From positions 1 through 64,000 of the IMG/VR virus record IMGVR_UViG_3300031998_000006: a stretch of 64,000 nt of DNA; one strand, written 5' to 3'. A model generated the notes under the pieces. The model saw nothing but the letters and a program-made list of their open reading frames with translations. It ran no database searches and was not told the origin of the DNA. Made by a program: the position numbers and the translations under genes. This document shows positions 1 to 9,279 of this stretch, piece after piece. This DNA is from a virus (taxonomy: Duplodnaviria > Caudoviricetes). How positions within the stretch are numbered: position 1 is the stretch's first letter; every line of letters begins with the position of its first letter.

Positions 1-277
1 GCAAGCACGGCTACCACTTACGGTGTGGGCGATGGCACTCACTATGGTCATATAAAGTTGTATGACAATGTGGACGGGGAGAATACAGATGGTGCTCCGG
101 ACCAAAACTCTGTTCACGATGCTCTTGCTGGTAAGGCTCCCACAGACCATGCAAGCACGGCTACCACTTACGGTGTGGGCGATGGCACTCACTATGGTCA
201 TATAAAGTTGTATGACAATGTGGACGGGGAGAATACAGATGGTGCTCCGGACCAAAACTCTGTTCACGATGCTCTTG
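1..277 (+). repeat. 150-bp-period tandem repeat inside the fibre gene
   Basis: Bases 1-127 are identical to bases 151-277. Confidence 0.95.
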
Positions 278-783
278 TTGGTCTTGATAATGACAAGGCT
301 GACAAGGTGGCTGGTGCTGTAAATGGTCATTTGGCAGGATTGGACGCTAACGGTAATTTGACTGATAGCGGTAAGGCTCCTGGGGATTTTGCCGATGTTC
401 ACCATTCTCATGGGAATATAAACGAACAGGGTCAAATCCTTAATACGGGTGCTGCTCCTATTTCCAATGGCTGTGCTATCGTTTATACCGACCAAACTAA
501 CCAAATCAAGAAATCTACTGTTCTGTTTGATGGTAGTTCCGATTACAAGGCTTTGACGCAGAAGGGTACGTTTGAGGAAATTGTAAAGGACATTAAGGTT
601 GGAACAACCGCTTTACCGAAGTCTAATGGTGTAGTGACCCTCCCGAATGCTGTGGCTACAGGACAATCCGGTGCAACCGCTGGCTTGATGACCGCAGAGG
701 ATAAGGCGAAGTTGGATGGGCTTGAAACAGATGCAATTACCGCTGCGGATGTTGCCGATATGTGGGCATCTTTAACGGCATAG
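1..783 (+). CDS. Tail fibre protein, C-terminal part (runs off the left edge)
   Basis: Frame is open from base 1. It has a repeated 50-aa unit (HASTATTYGVGDGTHYGHIKLYD) and a GLMTAEDKAKLDG motif typical of phage fibre proteins, and lies directly upstream of the DGR target. Confidence 0.7.
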   Translation, partial: ASTATTYGVGDGTHYGHIKLYDNVDGENTDGAPDQNSVHDALAGKAPTDHASTATTYGVGDGTHYGHIKLYDNVDGENTDGAPDQNSVHDALVGLDNDKADKVAGAVNGHLAGLDANGNLTDSGKAPGDFADVHHSHGNINEQGQILNTGAAPISNGCAIVYTDQTNQIKKSTVLFDGSSDYKALTQKGTFEEIVKDIKVGTTALPKSNGVVTLPNAVATGQSGATAGLMTAEDKAKLDGLETDAITAADVADMWASLTA

Positions 784-813
784 GCTAAATTCTAGTAGAA
801 AGGAAATATTATT

Positions 814-2160
814 ATGCAGAAATACATTAACTTGTATGACACTGAAACTGAATATGGCTCGGATGCTATTAATAGACCGGGTACTTCATCGGTGTCGTAT
901 GTTATTGGGAGTAATACTGTTCATTACGATGGTACGAACATTATTACTAATGCAAGCCCGAAAATAGGGGATGCCGTGTATGGCGACGCTACTAATCATA
1001 AGGTAATATTTATTGACGGGGTTTCCCTTAAAGTGGATAATAATGGATTACCAGAAGGTTCTAGTGGTCTTACCAAAATTGGGCAGGTTGTTTGGCGTAC
1101 TGGACGCAAGGTTCTTATTCATTGGTGGGAAGACCCCGGTAAACAATTTGCAAAGGTATGGCAATGGGTTGTTGCTATGACTGATGGGGTATATGCGGGT
1201 AAAGTGCTTACTATTAAGCATTGGGACCCTAGTAGCGGTACATCCGGCGCTATGGTAGATGTTGGTACGTACACTGTACCTTCAACTGTGACTACGATGG
1301 CTGATTTTGCTAGTGGCTTGGACACTTGGCTCCGGGCTAATAACCCCACCGTAGGTGGTACGGCATATAATTGGCACTGTGAAGTTGGTACTGATTATCT
1401 AGGTAATGAAGCGGTTCTTGTGACTTGCGATAATAATAGCCCCTATCAACGCTATCAAGCCCCTATATCGGGTACTGGTGTTTCCTGTACTTTGTCAATG
1501 TGTAATTATTTACCGGAATTTAGTTCGTTTGTTAGAAAAGATGGGTTTAGCGGCTATGACACTGTGATAAATGCAGATAGGTTTATTATTAACAATAGCA
1601 GTTCGGAGCATATTAAGAATCGGTCCGGTTTTGATGCTGATACGACTTTGGTTAATAAGTATGGTAGTGGCGATGCGGGTTTCCGTGCTTATATTGAGGA
1701 TATGATGGCTCGTATTCCTTGTGCCACTGGTGGTATTGCGGTTACTTATGGGAAGTCCCGTGAATGGAGTAAGTGGATGGCTAGTAGAATTTATACTCCG
1801 TTTGGCGGTGGCGATGCTCAACCGCAGTTTACCGCTGCTTCGTGGTGTGACACCGTGGGTGTGTCCGGAGTTCCACAACTGGCACCAGGGTCGTTCTATA
1901 TGGCTGGTGTTGAAGAAGTATTCGCTTTTTTGGGTAGGATGAAATACTCGTCCACCGCTAGTGAACGAGATATTGTGGACTTAACCCGTGCTAAAATGGG
2001 CAGTACAGACTCGTTGTTGGCTAATAACCGATGGTTGTGTGCTAGGCGTACTACTTTTTACGCGTGGCTTTACTATAGTGCAGGCTTTTCGACCTACGAC
2101 GGCGCCTTCAATAGCACGACTCGTGTGTCGGCTGTGGCGCTCTTCGATTTGGATTCTTAA
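814..2160 (+). CDS. DGR target protein, probably receptor-binding with a C-terminal CLec-like variable domain
   Basis: 448 aa with an AAGGA RBS. The C-terminus (RWLCARR...AW...RVSAVA) is encoded by the VR. Tail-fibre neighbourhood. Confidence 0.9.
   Translation: MQKYINLYDTETEYGSDAINRPGTSSVSYVIGSNTVHYDGTNIITNASPKIGDAVYGDATNHKVIFIDGVSLKVDNNGLPEGSSGLTKIGQVVWRTGRKVLIHWWEDPGKQFAKVWQWVVAMTDGVYAGKVLTIKHWDPSSGTSGAMVDVGTYTVPSTVTTMADFASGLDTWLRANNPTVGGTAYNWHCEVGTDYLGNEAVLVTCDNNSPYQRYQAPISGTGVSCTLSMCNYLPEFSSFVRKDGFSGYDTVINADRFIINNSSSEHIKNRSGFDADTTLVNKYGSGDAGFRAYIEDMMARIPCATGGIAVTYGKSREWSKWMASRIYTPFGGGDAQPQFTAASWCDTVGVSGVPQLAPGSFYMAGVEEVFAFLGRMKYSSTASERDIVDLTRAKMGSTDSLLANNRWLCARRTTFYAWLYYSAGFSTYDGAFNSTTRVSAVALFDLDS
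2010..2144 (+). repeat. DGR variable repeat (VR)
   Basis: Aligns to 2689-2820 with 18 substitutions by my count, all at TR adenines, plus one additional codon. Confidence 0.95.
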
Positions 2161-2228
2161 CTTGTTCTTAATTTCCTTAACAACTTAAATCTTTTGAAAC
2201 TTCTTTAATCGTATAAGGGTATTATTTA

Positions 2229-2633
2229 ATGTCAAATAACAATAGTCTTTTGTCTTCGCACATTTATGTAGACTGTATGCAGATGCTTGCACTCATAAAT
2301 GAGATAGTTTGCGGAATGTCCGCTTGGCAAAAGGGTTGTTTAGGTTCTCGTTTGTTTGATACTATGACTACGGCTACATTATGTTATTCTCGTGCATATA
2401 ATGAGCGCAAGGATAGGTTGGCAAATGTGGATAGGTGCATTAGTGCATTTGACGAGGTTGTGATACTTATTAGATGTGGGGTTGAGGTTAAGTGTATTAA
2501 GGAAAATATGATGGCTCGGTTGTTTATTCTTATAGATAAAATAGCAGAGGGCTTGGATAAATATAGGGGATTCGCTGCTAGGGGTGGGCAAATAGATGCT
2601 TCGTCAAACTACGGGGGCAGTGATGCCATTTAA
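2229..2633 (+). CDS. avd: DGR accessory protein (Avd-like four-helix bundle)
   Basis: 134-aa, predicted helical ORF between target and TR. Size and position match Avd. Confidence 0.8.
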   Translation: MSNNNSLLSSHIYVDCMQMLALINEIVCGMSAWQKGCLGSRLFDTMTTATLCYSRAYNERKDRLANVDRCISAFDEVVILIRCGVEVKCIKENMMARLFILIDKIAEGLDKYRGFAARGGQIDASSNYGGSDAI

Positions 2634-2688
2634 GAGGGGGCTGTGGTTTCATTTAAACCGATGTCGGTAAGCAGCCTCGTCATTAGCC

Positions 2689-2820
2689 CTCGTTGTTGGC
2701 TAATAACCGATGGTTGTGTGCTAGGCGTAATACTAATAACGCGTGGAATTACAATAGTACAGGCTATTCGAACAACAACAACTTCAATAACACGAATCGT
2801 GTGTCGGCTGTGGCGAACTT
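2689..2820 (+). ncRNA. DGR template repeat (TR)
   Basis: AAC/AAT-rich copy of the VR between avd and RT. The 5' spacer 2634-2678 can fold (GGCTG/CAGCC, GGTTT/AAACC). Confidence 0.95.
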
Positions 2821-2837
2821 AAAGATACTCCTAGTGG

Positions 2838-4073
2838 TTGAATCTCCTTATTTTGGAATTTCTAGTGATAGCATTTGAAGACCTAATTCATGCCTACTTG
2901 CTTGCTCGTAGGAATAAAAGGCGTTCGCATGATTCGGTTGTGTTTGAATTAGGACAGGAGCGTAAACTTGTTCGCTTGTGGAAATCGGTAAATTCTAGGG
3001 TGCTAGATACTAGCGATAATTATACATTTGTTACCCGTGAACCGCATATACGTGAGATTTTCGCTACGGCTATGTCCGTTAGGATTATACATCATTACTT
3101 GGAGTGGCGGTTGCGTCCTATCTACGAGAAGGTGCTACCACCTAATTCTTTTAATAACCGGAAGAATATGGGTTTGCATAAGGCGGTTGATAAGGTGTTC
3201 CGGGATATTAGGGTGATGTCTAACAATTACGAGAAAGGTGCTGATACTTGGATAGTTCATTTGGATTTCAAGGGGTATTTTCCTAATGCTGATGTTGAGA
3301 TTGCTTTGAAACAGCAGTTGGACTTGATAGACGGGTTCTATGATGGGTATGACAAGGATGATTTGAAATATATGGTTATGGCTGTTATGAGGGCTGACCC
3401 TGCTAGGCATTGTAGGAGGTTAGGCAGTATTCGTGATTGGGATATTGTCCCAAGTCATAAGTCACTATTTAGTAAACCCGTTGGTGTTGGTGGGGCTATT
3501 GGTTTTTTATGTTGGCAGAATGCTATGGGGATTTATTCTAGTGATGTTATTAAATGGCTTTCTCGTGTGGAGTTTCATAGGGTTACCGTGTTTGTGGATG
3601 ATATTTATATTGTGAGTAATGATAAGTCTAGGACATTACAGATGATTCCCGAATTTAGGGAGCGTTTAAAAAGTATAAATGTGGAACTAAATGAGCATAA
3701 GTTTTATTGTCAGCATTATAGTAAGGGTTGTATGGTACTAGGTAGTATGCTCAAATTTCATAGGTGCTATTGCAAGAGAAACTTGCTTAAACGAGCATTG
3801 AAGCGTGTGGTTTATTGGTTAAATCAAAGGGTAACACATAAAAATTTGGATGGGTTATTAGGTTCTTTGAATACTTATGCTGGTATGTTTTATAGACACA
3901 ACAACATAAAGGAATTGTCGGTGTTGAAAATGGAGGGATTGGGTAAGTTTGGTAAGTATTTGGAGTGGAATTACTCAAAGAATTGTTTTCGTTTACAGAA
4001 ACCATATAGGTTTAAGGCTCGTGTTGCAGAATTTTTCGGGTTGTCGGATAGAGTTGGTTGCAAAAAATGCTAG
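2838..4073 (+). CDS. DGR reverse transcriptase
   Basis: Motifs ARRNKR, REIFAT..VRIIHH, LDFKGYF, GAIGFLCWQ and FVDD. About 410 aa with no maturase or endonuclease domain. Exact start codon is uncertain. Confidence 0.93.
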   Translation: MNLLILEFLVIAFEDLIHAYLLARRNKRRSHDSVVFELGQERKLVRLWKSVNSRVLDTSDNYTFVTREPHIREIFATAMSVRIIHHYLEWRLRPIYEKVLPPNSFNNRKNMGLHKAVDKVFRDIRVMSNNYEKGADTWIVHLDFKGYFPNADVEIALKQQLDLIDGFYDGYDKDDLKYMVMAVMRADPARHCRRLGSIRDWDIVPSHKSLFSKPVGVGGAIGFLCWQNAMGIYSSDVIKWLSRVEFHRVTVFVDDIYIVSNDKSRTLQMIPEFRERLKSINVELNEHKFYCQHYSKGCMVLGSMLKFHRCYCKRNLLKRALKRVVYWLNQRVTHKNLDGLLGSLNTYAGMFYRHNNIKELSVLKMEGLGKFGKYLEWNYSKNCFRLQKPYRFKARVAEFFGLSDRVGCKKC

Positions 4074-4128
4074 TAATTATATATATTTAGTGTGAGATAC
4101 ATTGTTTTATTGTTGAGGGTCGTATCGT

Positions 4129-4692
4129 ATGTCTAAAGCTATTGATGAAAAGAAAAGACCAATAACCACCGCTGCCGTGTATGCCATATTGTCCACCTTG
4201 AAGACATACGTGGACACTAGCGACGATGCCTGTGCAGACTTGGCTAGGGCTACGGCAGAAGCCCTTTGTGACTTGAACGCCCGTATTCAAGGCTTGGAAG
4301 ACTTGCAAGGTCAGCCATTCGGTGATATTATTGCAAATAGCATAAACACACAGGTTGTTCCTCTGGTGGGGGGCAAGTCTATGGTTCTTGTTGGGAGCGG
4401 AACACCTGCAAGCAACCCGGACTTCGTTGGGCAGATATACATTGATACCACAGGTCCTAATTTTTATTTCTCCACAGGAACGGGTAGTGGTGGTTGGGAG
4501 AAGGTTGTCTATGATGCTAGTTATGTGCATACGGACAACAACTTTACGAATGCCTTGAAGACTAAGTTGGATAATCTTTATACCAAGGCACAGTTGGACA
4601 CTATGTTTGGTGATAAGGAAGATTCATTTACACTCACCTATGATGCACAGAATCACGCATTAGTAAGTTCCAAGACGATTACAGTGTCTTAA
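4129..4692 (+). CDS. Tail-fibre-associated protein
   Basis: Motifs GTPASNPDFVGQIYIDT and TDNNFTNALKTKLD are of the kind seen in phage fibre proteins. Shares an AEAL..NAR...GQP.GD segment with the next ORF. Confidence 0.55.
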   Translation: MSKAIDEKKRPITTAAVYAILSTLKTYVDTSDDACADLARATAEALCDLNARIQGLEDLQGQPFGDIIANSINTQVVPLVGGKSMVLVGSGTPASNPDFVGQIYIDTTGPNFYFSTGTGSGGWEKVVYDASYVHTDNNFTNALKTKLDNLYTKAQLDTMFGDKEDSFTLTYDAQNHALVSSKTITVS

Positions 4693-4708
4693 TTAGTGGG
4701 GGTGGGTC

Positions 4709-5464
4709 ATGGCTGATTTCCCTCTTGAAGAAATCCGTAATGGTGATAATACATTTACATTTACTCCGGACCAATTTCATGCCCTTGCAGAAGCATTGAA
4801 TAACATCAATGCTCGGTTCGATGCGTTTGAGAAGTTACTTGGTCAGCCTTTAGGAGACGTGGTTGCTGATAGTGTAGATGCCCAGGAACTTCTTGAGGGC
4901 GGTAAGACTATTGGGCAGACCCACGGGCACGGAAATATTACTTGGGATGGCAAGGTTGGAAGTACCGCCAACAAGCCATTGATTACTGGTACTGGTGGCA
5001 TTGTGCAGGCGGGGTCTTTCGGTAATTCCGCAAATACTTTTTGTCAAGGTAACGACAGCCGTTTAGGGTTGGCTTCCTCGGCATTGCAGGCTATTGTGGC
5101 AGCGTCTGGGTCACATATAGGGGATGTAGGCACTCCTAGTGTTACAGCATCTACGGATACTACTTTAAAGAAGACAACACTGACTTTTAATTATTTGAAA
5201 GGCGAAAAAGGTAACCCCGGAACAAACGGAACGAATGGTACTAACGGAACTTCCGCAGGCTTTGGCACTCCTATTGCTAGTGTGGATGCCAATACAGGTA
5301 CTCCATCCGTGACGATTACTGCAAGTGGTCCAGACACCGCCAAGGTGTTTAATTTTGAGTTTAAGAATTTGAAGGGTGCTACTGGTCCCGCTGGACCGGC
5401 TGCTTATGAATGGGTAACATCGTTTCCAACTACATACGTCGAAGGTACAGTCTATCTTCTCTAA
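4709..5464 (+). CDS. Tail-fibre-associated protein with collagen-like G-X-Y stretches
   Basis: GEKGNPGTNGTNGTNG and GATGPAGP, a duplicated GTPSVT...LKG unit, and an HGHGNI metal-binding-like motif. Confidence 0.6.
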   Translation: MADFPLEEIRNGDNTFTFTPDQFHALAEALNNINARFDAFEKLLGQPLGDVVADSVDAQELLEGGKTIGQTHGHGNITWDGKVGSTANKPLITGTGGIVQAGSFGNSANTFCQGNDSRLGLASSALQAIVAASGSHIGDVGTPSVTASTDTTLKKTTLTFNYLKGEKGNPGTNGTNGTNGTSAGFGTPIASVDANTGTPSVTITASGPDTAKVFNFEFKNLKGATGPAGPAAYEWVTSFPTTYVEGTVYLL

Positions 5465-5475
5465 GGAGTTAAAGT

Positions 5476-6639
5476 ATGATTTCTTATTCGGACGGAACTA
5501 CTATATATACTCCTAAGTATAGTATGACACACGGAAGAGGTTTATATGTATCGTCTATGAACGGCTCTTCCGAAGTGTTATCTGCTAAAGATATGTGGAT
5601 TCCGACAATGCACTTAGGGAGAAACACGTCTATTGCTAATTCACCAAAAGAATGTGTATTTCCATCGTCTTTAGTGCATTATGTTCGTACCACTTATCCG
5701 AATATGAGCCATAAACCGAGCATACCAATGTTTCAATTCGCAAAAACTCAACGTTTAGCGAATTTCGGATATGCTAAGTTTAATACATACACAAACTCTC
5801 CGTTTCACCCTTCTGACGGTGGTTTCTGTTCTCATTTGTGGGCAGCTACCACTATGCAGAATACAAATATCGGTTACGCATATATACAACCACTTGGGTA
5901 TGTCAATAATGCTTCTGTTATTACTAATCAAACTGCGTATCTGAACGGAACTTATACAGTAATTGACGGTGACTCTGGATATATTAATCTTGTGCACGGA
6001 CCAAGTACTGGGTGTAGATTTAGTGAAATGGACCATTTAAACAAAGTTCTAACAGATGCAACAGATAGTTATCAAGTGTCTGATAAATGGTGTCACGTAG
6101 CTCTTAACTTTAATATATCACTTCATTCTAATAATTATGATTTAGTACGAGCTAATCTATGGCCTGATGCTAATTGTTATGGTATAAGTATTCCTATTGA
6201 ATATTACTATAGAGATTCCTCGATGTATAATGATTGGTATTATTATGTTGTTGACGACCTTCATTTGGGTGGGAAATTACAAAATTGGCATACCGACTCG
6301 GCAGGCACCTTATATTTAGACGGAGATACTGACGGTTCGTCTTACGGATTCATTAGAATGAATAGTTTTGTAGCTGGTGGATATACACCTGATGCACGTT
6401 ATTATCACGAAACAATGTATGGTTCAACATATACCATGATGTGGCTGTCAGGTCAATTTCACTTTAAAGTTCAAGGTGGTTATGGCAGTTCGTGTCCCTA
6501 CGGATATACAGGGATTCAAGTTGGGTCACCCATTGTATCATTAAGGATGAATCCTGATTATTTACTAGATAGTTCTAACCATTATGGTGAGGTTTGGATG
6601 TGTTGTGCAGAAACCGTGGAAGTATATGCAGAACATTAA
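5476..6639 (+). CDS. Hypothetical protein, aromatic- and beta-rich (possible fibre tip)
   Basis: 387-aa ORF with AAGGAG RBS, more AT-rich than its neighbours. Confidence 0.55.
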   Translation: MISYSDGTTIYTPKYSMTHGRGLYVSSMNGSSEVLSAKDMWIPTMHLGRNTSIANSPKECVFPSSLVHYVRTTYPNMSHKPSIPMFQFAKTQRLANFGYAKFNTYTNSPFHPSDGGFCSHLWAATTMQNTNIGYAYIQPLGYVNNASVITNQTAYLNGTYTVIDGDSGYINLVHGPSTGCRFSEMDHLNKVLTDATDSYQVSDKWCHVALNFNISLHSNNYDLVRANLWPDANCYGISIPIEYYYRDSSMYNDWYYYVVDDLHLGGKLQNWHTDSAGTLYLDGDTDGSSYGFIRMNSFVAGGYTPDARYYHETMYGSTYTMMWLSGQFHFKVQGGYGSSCPYGYTGIQVGSPIVSLRMNPDYLLDSSNHYGEVWMCCAETVEVYAEH

Positions 6640-7156
6640 AGTAATAACCGTCATTCCATACGTTGACAAGATTTACTCCAAGAATTATTTGGGAGAACTT
6701 GTTACTTTCAAACAATGCACCGACACTCATAGCCATTTCAGAGAAATCAACATCAATTATAATCGTAATGATTTACAACAAGTAATTCGTGATAATTATA
6801 AAGATGTTGATTTAGTGTTGCTGATGGATTCTGATGTTATTGCTACTAAAGAACAACTTCAAGCTTTATTGGACAATTTCAAAGGAACTCCATTAGCTCT
6901 CAAAACTAAAACATTCAGTACTGGTCAACATATTTGCTGTGCATGTTGTTTGCTAACTCTTCAAGATTACTTATCTATAAAATACATAGACGAATACGTT
7001 GATGAATGTCAATGTACCAAGATTATGAAATTATTTGGTGTTAAGTATCTTGAAGGTTATCAAGCCCACGAATATAAAGAATGTTCGGTGCAGTCTAATG
7101 TGTTGCATAATACTATTATACCCGATTATCTTGAATTGAAAAATACAACGGTATGA
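6626..7156 (+). CDS. Glycosyltransferase-like (GT-A) protein
   Basis: N-terminal ITVIPY strand and a LLMDSDV DxD motif. The ATG at 6626 is preferred as start. Confidence 0.45.
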   Translation: MQNIKVITVIPYVDKIYSKNYLGELVTFKQCTDTHSHFREININYNRNDLQQVIRDNYKDVDLVLLMDSDVIATKEQLQALLDNFKGTPLALKTKTFSTGQHICCACCLLTLQDYLSIKYIDEYVDECQCTKIMKLFGVKYLEGYQAHEYKECSVQSNVLHNTIIPDYLELKNTTV

Positions 7157-7284
7157 TTAGAGGTATTTAGTGAAATGGTTAGTAGCATTGGTCTTGTTGG
7201 ACTTGCTTATTTATGGTCTGCTAATGTATGTTACTCTTGAGCAGTAAAATGTTTCATTAGATAGTATCATGCTATATAGATAGT

Positions 7285-7473
7285 ATGAGATACTTTACCA
7301 TAGACAGCATTAGCGATTATGCTGGTAATTATATTCAATTACCAAAGAAAATTCGTGTACCTAGACGCTCCGATAGTTCCGTTCCGAATCAAGGCGAACT
7401 AATCTATGCTCTGTGTAGGTTAATTCCTGGGGCTATAGTTCATCGTGTCCGTAAGAAGATTTCACGTGGATAG
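7285..7473 (+). CDS. Small basic hypothetical protein
   Basis: Paralogous to 7483-7686 (IQLP..IRV...R.IPGA). Confidence 0.6.
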   Translation: MRYFTIDSISDYAGNYIQLPKKIRVPRRSDSSVPNQGELIYALCRLIPGAIVHRVRKKISRG

Positions 7474-7482
7474 GGGATTATT

Positions 7483-7686
7483 ATGAAAAATAAGAAATAT
7501 AACACATTCGATAAGATATTTTATGAGAATACCAAAACTCATATTCAGTTGCCCCGCAGGATTAGGGTGCTGAAATGTTTGGATGGGTATGAAGCTGTTT
7601 TTGAAACACTAGCTGCTATGGCACGGATGATTCCGGGTGCAAAGATAATCCGTGATAAATCGGCTAATATAGCAGGTACGAAATGA
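7483..7686 (+). CDS. Small basic hypothetical protein
   Basis: Paralogous to 7285-7473. Confidence 0.6.
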   Translation: MKNKKYNTFDKIFYENTKTHIQLPRRIRVLKCLDGYEAVFETLAAMARMIPGAKIIRDKSANIAGTK

Positions 7687-7830
7687 TGGAGCCAACATTA
7701 TTAGCATTTGATAAAGAAGGTAGATATTATGGAATTACGCTGAAACGAAAGCCCACGGCTAAAGCCGTGGGATGATGAAACCTGTTGCCAACTAGGGAAA
7801 GTTTTTGTATATTGTTTATAAACTTTTATA

Positions 7831-7927
7831 TGATAAGGGTTCTTGGCAGTCCCCCTATCAAGGTTGAATTTTTAGAATGTCCTCGGAATGCTGACTGCCA
7901 ATTTTAAGTGTTTCGGGGACATTTTGC
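7831..7927 (+). promoter_or_regulatory. Double-hairpin kissing-loop leader upstream of tnpB
   Basis: Stems 7831-39/7852-60 and 7876-92/7907-23. The loop 9-mers TTGGCAGTC and GACTGCCAA are exact complements. Confidence 0.7.
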
Positions 7928-7932
7928 TATTT

Positions 7933-9063
7933 ATGGTAGAGTTGAAGACATACAAGTATAAGTTATACAATCGGGATGCCTTGAAGTATCTTGATGAAAT
8001 ACTTGTAGTCGCAGGGCATATATACAATCATTGCATAGCTCTCCATCGCAAGTATTATGCTTTATACCATAACTCTTTGAATAAATCTGTGTTATCCCGT
8101 CATTTAACAAAATTGAAGAAACATCACCCCGAATGGACTAAAGTTCCCTCACAGGCTATACAGGATATTACGGACAGGATTGACAGGGCTTATAGATTGT
8201 TCTTTTCAAATCTAAAGCACGGGATAAAGACCAATCCTCCGCATTTTCAAAAGACTAGCAAGTATCGTTCGTTCACGACTAAACAGGCGGGATATAAATT
8301 TCACGACAGCAACAAAGTCCGTATAGGTGTAAAAGAGTTCGCCTATTGGAACAGTAGAGATTTTGACGGCAAGATAAAGACTTTAACCGTAAAGCGTAAG
8401 AACAACGGCTACTACATATATGTCGTAGTAGAACAGGAAGCACAGATTGAGAACATTGCAAAATCGGGTAAAATCGTTGGCTTTGATTTCAGTCTAAAGA
8501 ACTTTCTTGTATCTTCGGACGGCTCGGATTGCAGTATGCCTAAACTCTTGCAGCGAAACCTAAATTCCCTGCGGAACTTGAGCCGTAAATACTCCAAGTC
8601 CAAAGGGAAACGAGGCTCGCTGCGGACGCTACAGAAAATGCACGAAAAGGTGACAAACCAAAGGGCAGACCTACACTGGAAACTTGCTAGGAAACTATGC
8701 AAGGACTACGATGTGATGGTGTTTGAAACCCTTGATTTGGCTAGTATGGACAGGCGGTTCAAGAAATCCATAAACGATTTCGGGATGAATGCTTTTCTGT
8801 CCATTTTGGGATATGTGGCACACAGGACGGGAAAGACCGTTATGTATGCGGACAAGTATTTTGCATCTTCGCAGTTATGTAGTGAATGTGGTTTTAAGAA
8901 CACGGCGTTAAAAGACATAACAATCCGAGAGTGGGTATGTCCTAGTTGTGGATGTTTGCACAACAGGGATTTCAATGCTGCACTGAATCTACAAAAGGTA
9001 GGGGCATCTACCTTTGGGAAATGTTGTCCGTCTGTGGCAACTCCTAGAATCCCACGCCTTTAG
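7933..9063 (+). CDS. tnpB: RNA-guided nuclease TnpB
   Basis: KTYKYKLY N-terminus, RuvC motifs GFDF, VFETL and NRDFNAA, and a CSEC..CPSC zinc finger. Start moved to 7933. Confidence 0.93.
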   Translation: MVELKTYKYKLYNRDALKYLDEILVVAGHIYNHCIALHRKYYALYHNSLNKSVLSRHLTKLKKHHPEWTKVPSQAIQDITDRIDRAYRLFFSNLKHGIKTNPPHFQKTSKYRSFTTKQAGYKFHDSNKVRIGVKEFAYWNSRDFDGKIKTLTVKRKNNGYYIYVVVEQEAQIENIAKSGKIVGFDFSLKNFLVSSDGSDCSMPKLLQRNLNSLRNLSRKYSKSKGKRGSLRTLQKMHEKVTNQRADLHWKLARKLCKDYDVMVFETLDLASMDRRFKKSINDFGMNAFLSILGYVAHRTGKTVMYADKYFASSQLCSECGFKNTALKDITIREWVCPSCGCLHNRDFNAALNLQKVGASTFGKCCPSVATPRIPRL

Positions 9064-9279
9064 TCGTGGGAGTATGTCAATATCAAATAGATGGTGGAGA
9101 AAAAGTATATGTGGATTATGGGGTAGTCGGCTCCATTTGTAATTGTCCATAGATACTCAACTTATATGCCCTAGTTTGAGTATTTGTTCCATAATATTCT
9201 CGGTTTAGTCGTTTATCATTTTGCCAATTCCGTAAGATTTATATACATTTAGGGTGTATAGCAAACAAGGATTTTACTG

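Larger units (their letters stand above)
814..4073 (+). mobile_element. Diversity-generating retroelement (target/VR, avd, TR, RT)
   Basis: The VR/TR pair differs only at TR adenines apart from one extra codon. An Avd-sized helical ORF and a reverse transcriptase follow in the canonical order. Confidence 0.96.
7739..9080 (+). mobile_element. IS200/IS605-family element, tnpB only (IS1341-like)
   Basis: Left hairpin AAAG-CCCACGGCTAAAGCCGTGGG follows TTAC (7735-7738). Right end is GAAT-CCCACG..CGTGGG..TCAA. These are the same guide/cleavage tetramers as IS608. Confidence 0.85.

Noticed and set aside
2693-2878. 61-aa Asn-rich ORF
   Set aside because: It is the DGR template repeat read in the target's frame, not a gene.
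7683-9152. A 44-aa gene split by the first IS
   Set aside because: The frame is restored only if the left junction is at 7745. The guide rule favours TTAC at 7738, which yields just a 21-aa peptide.
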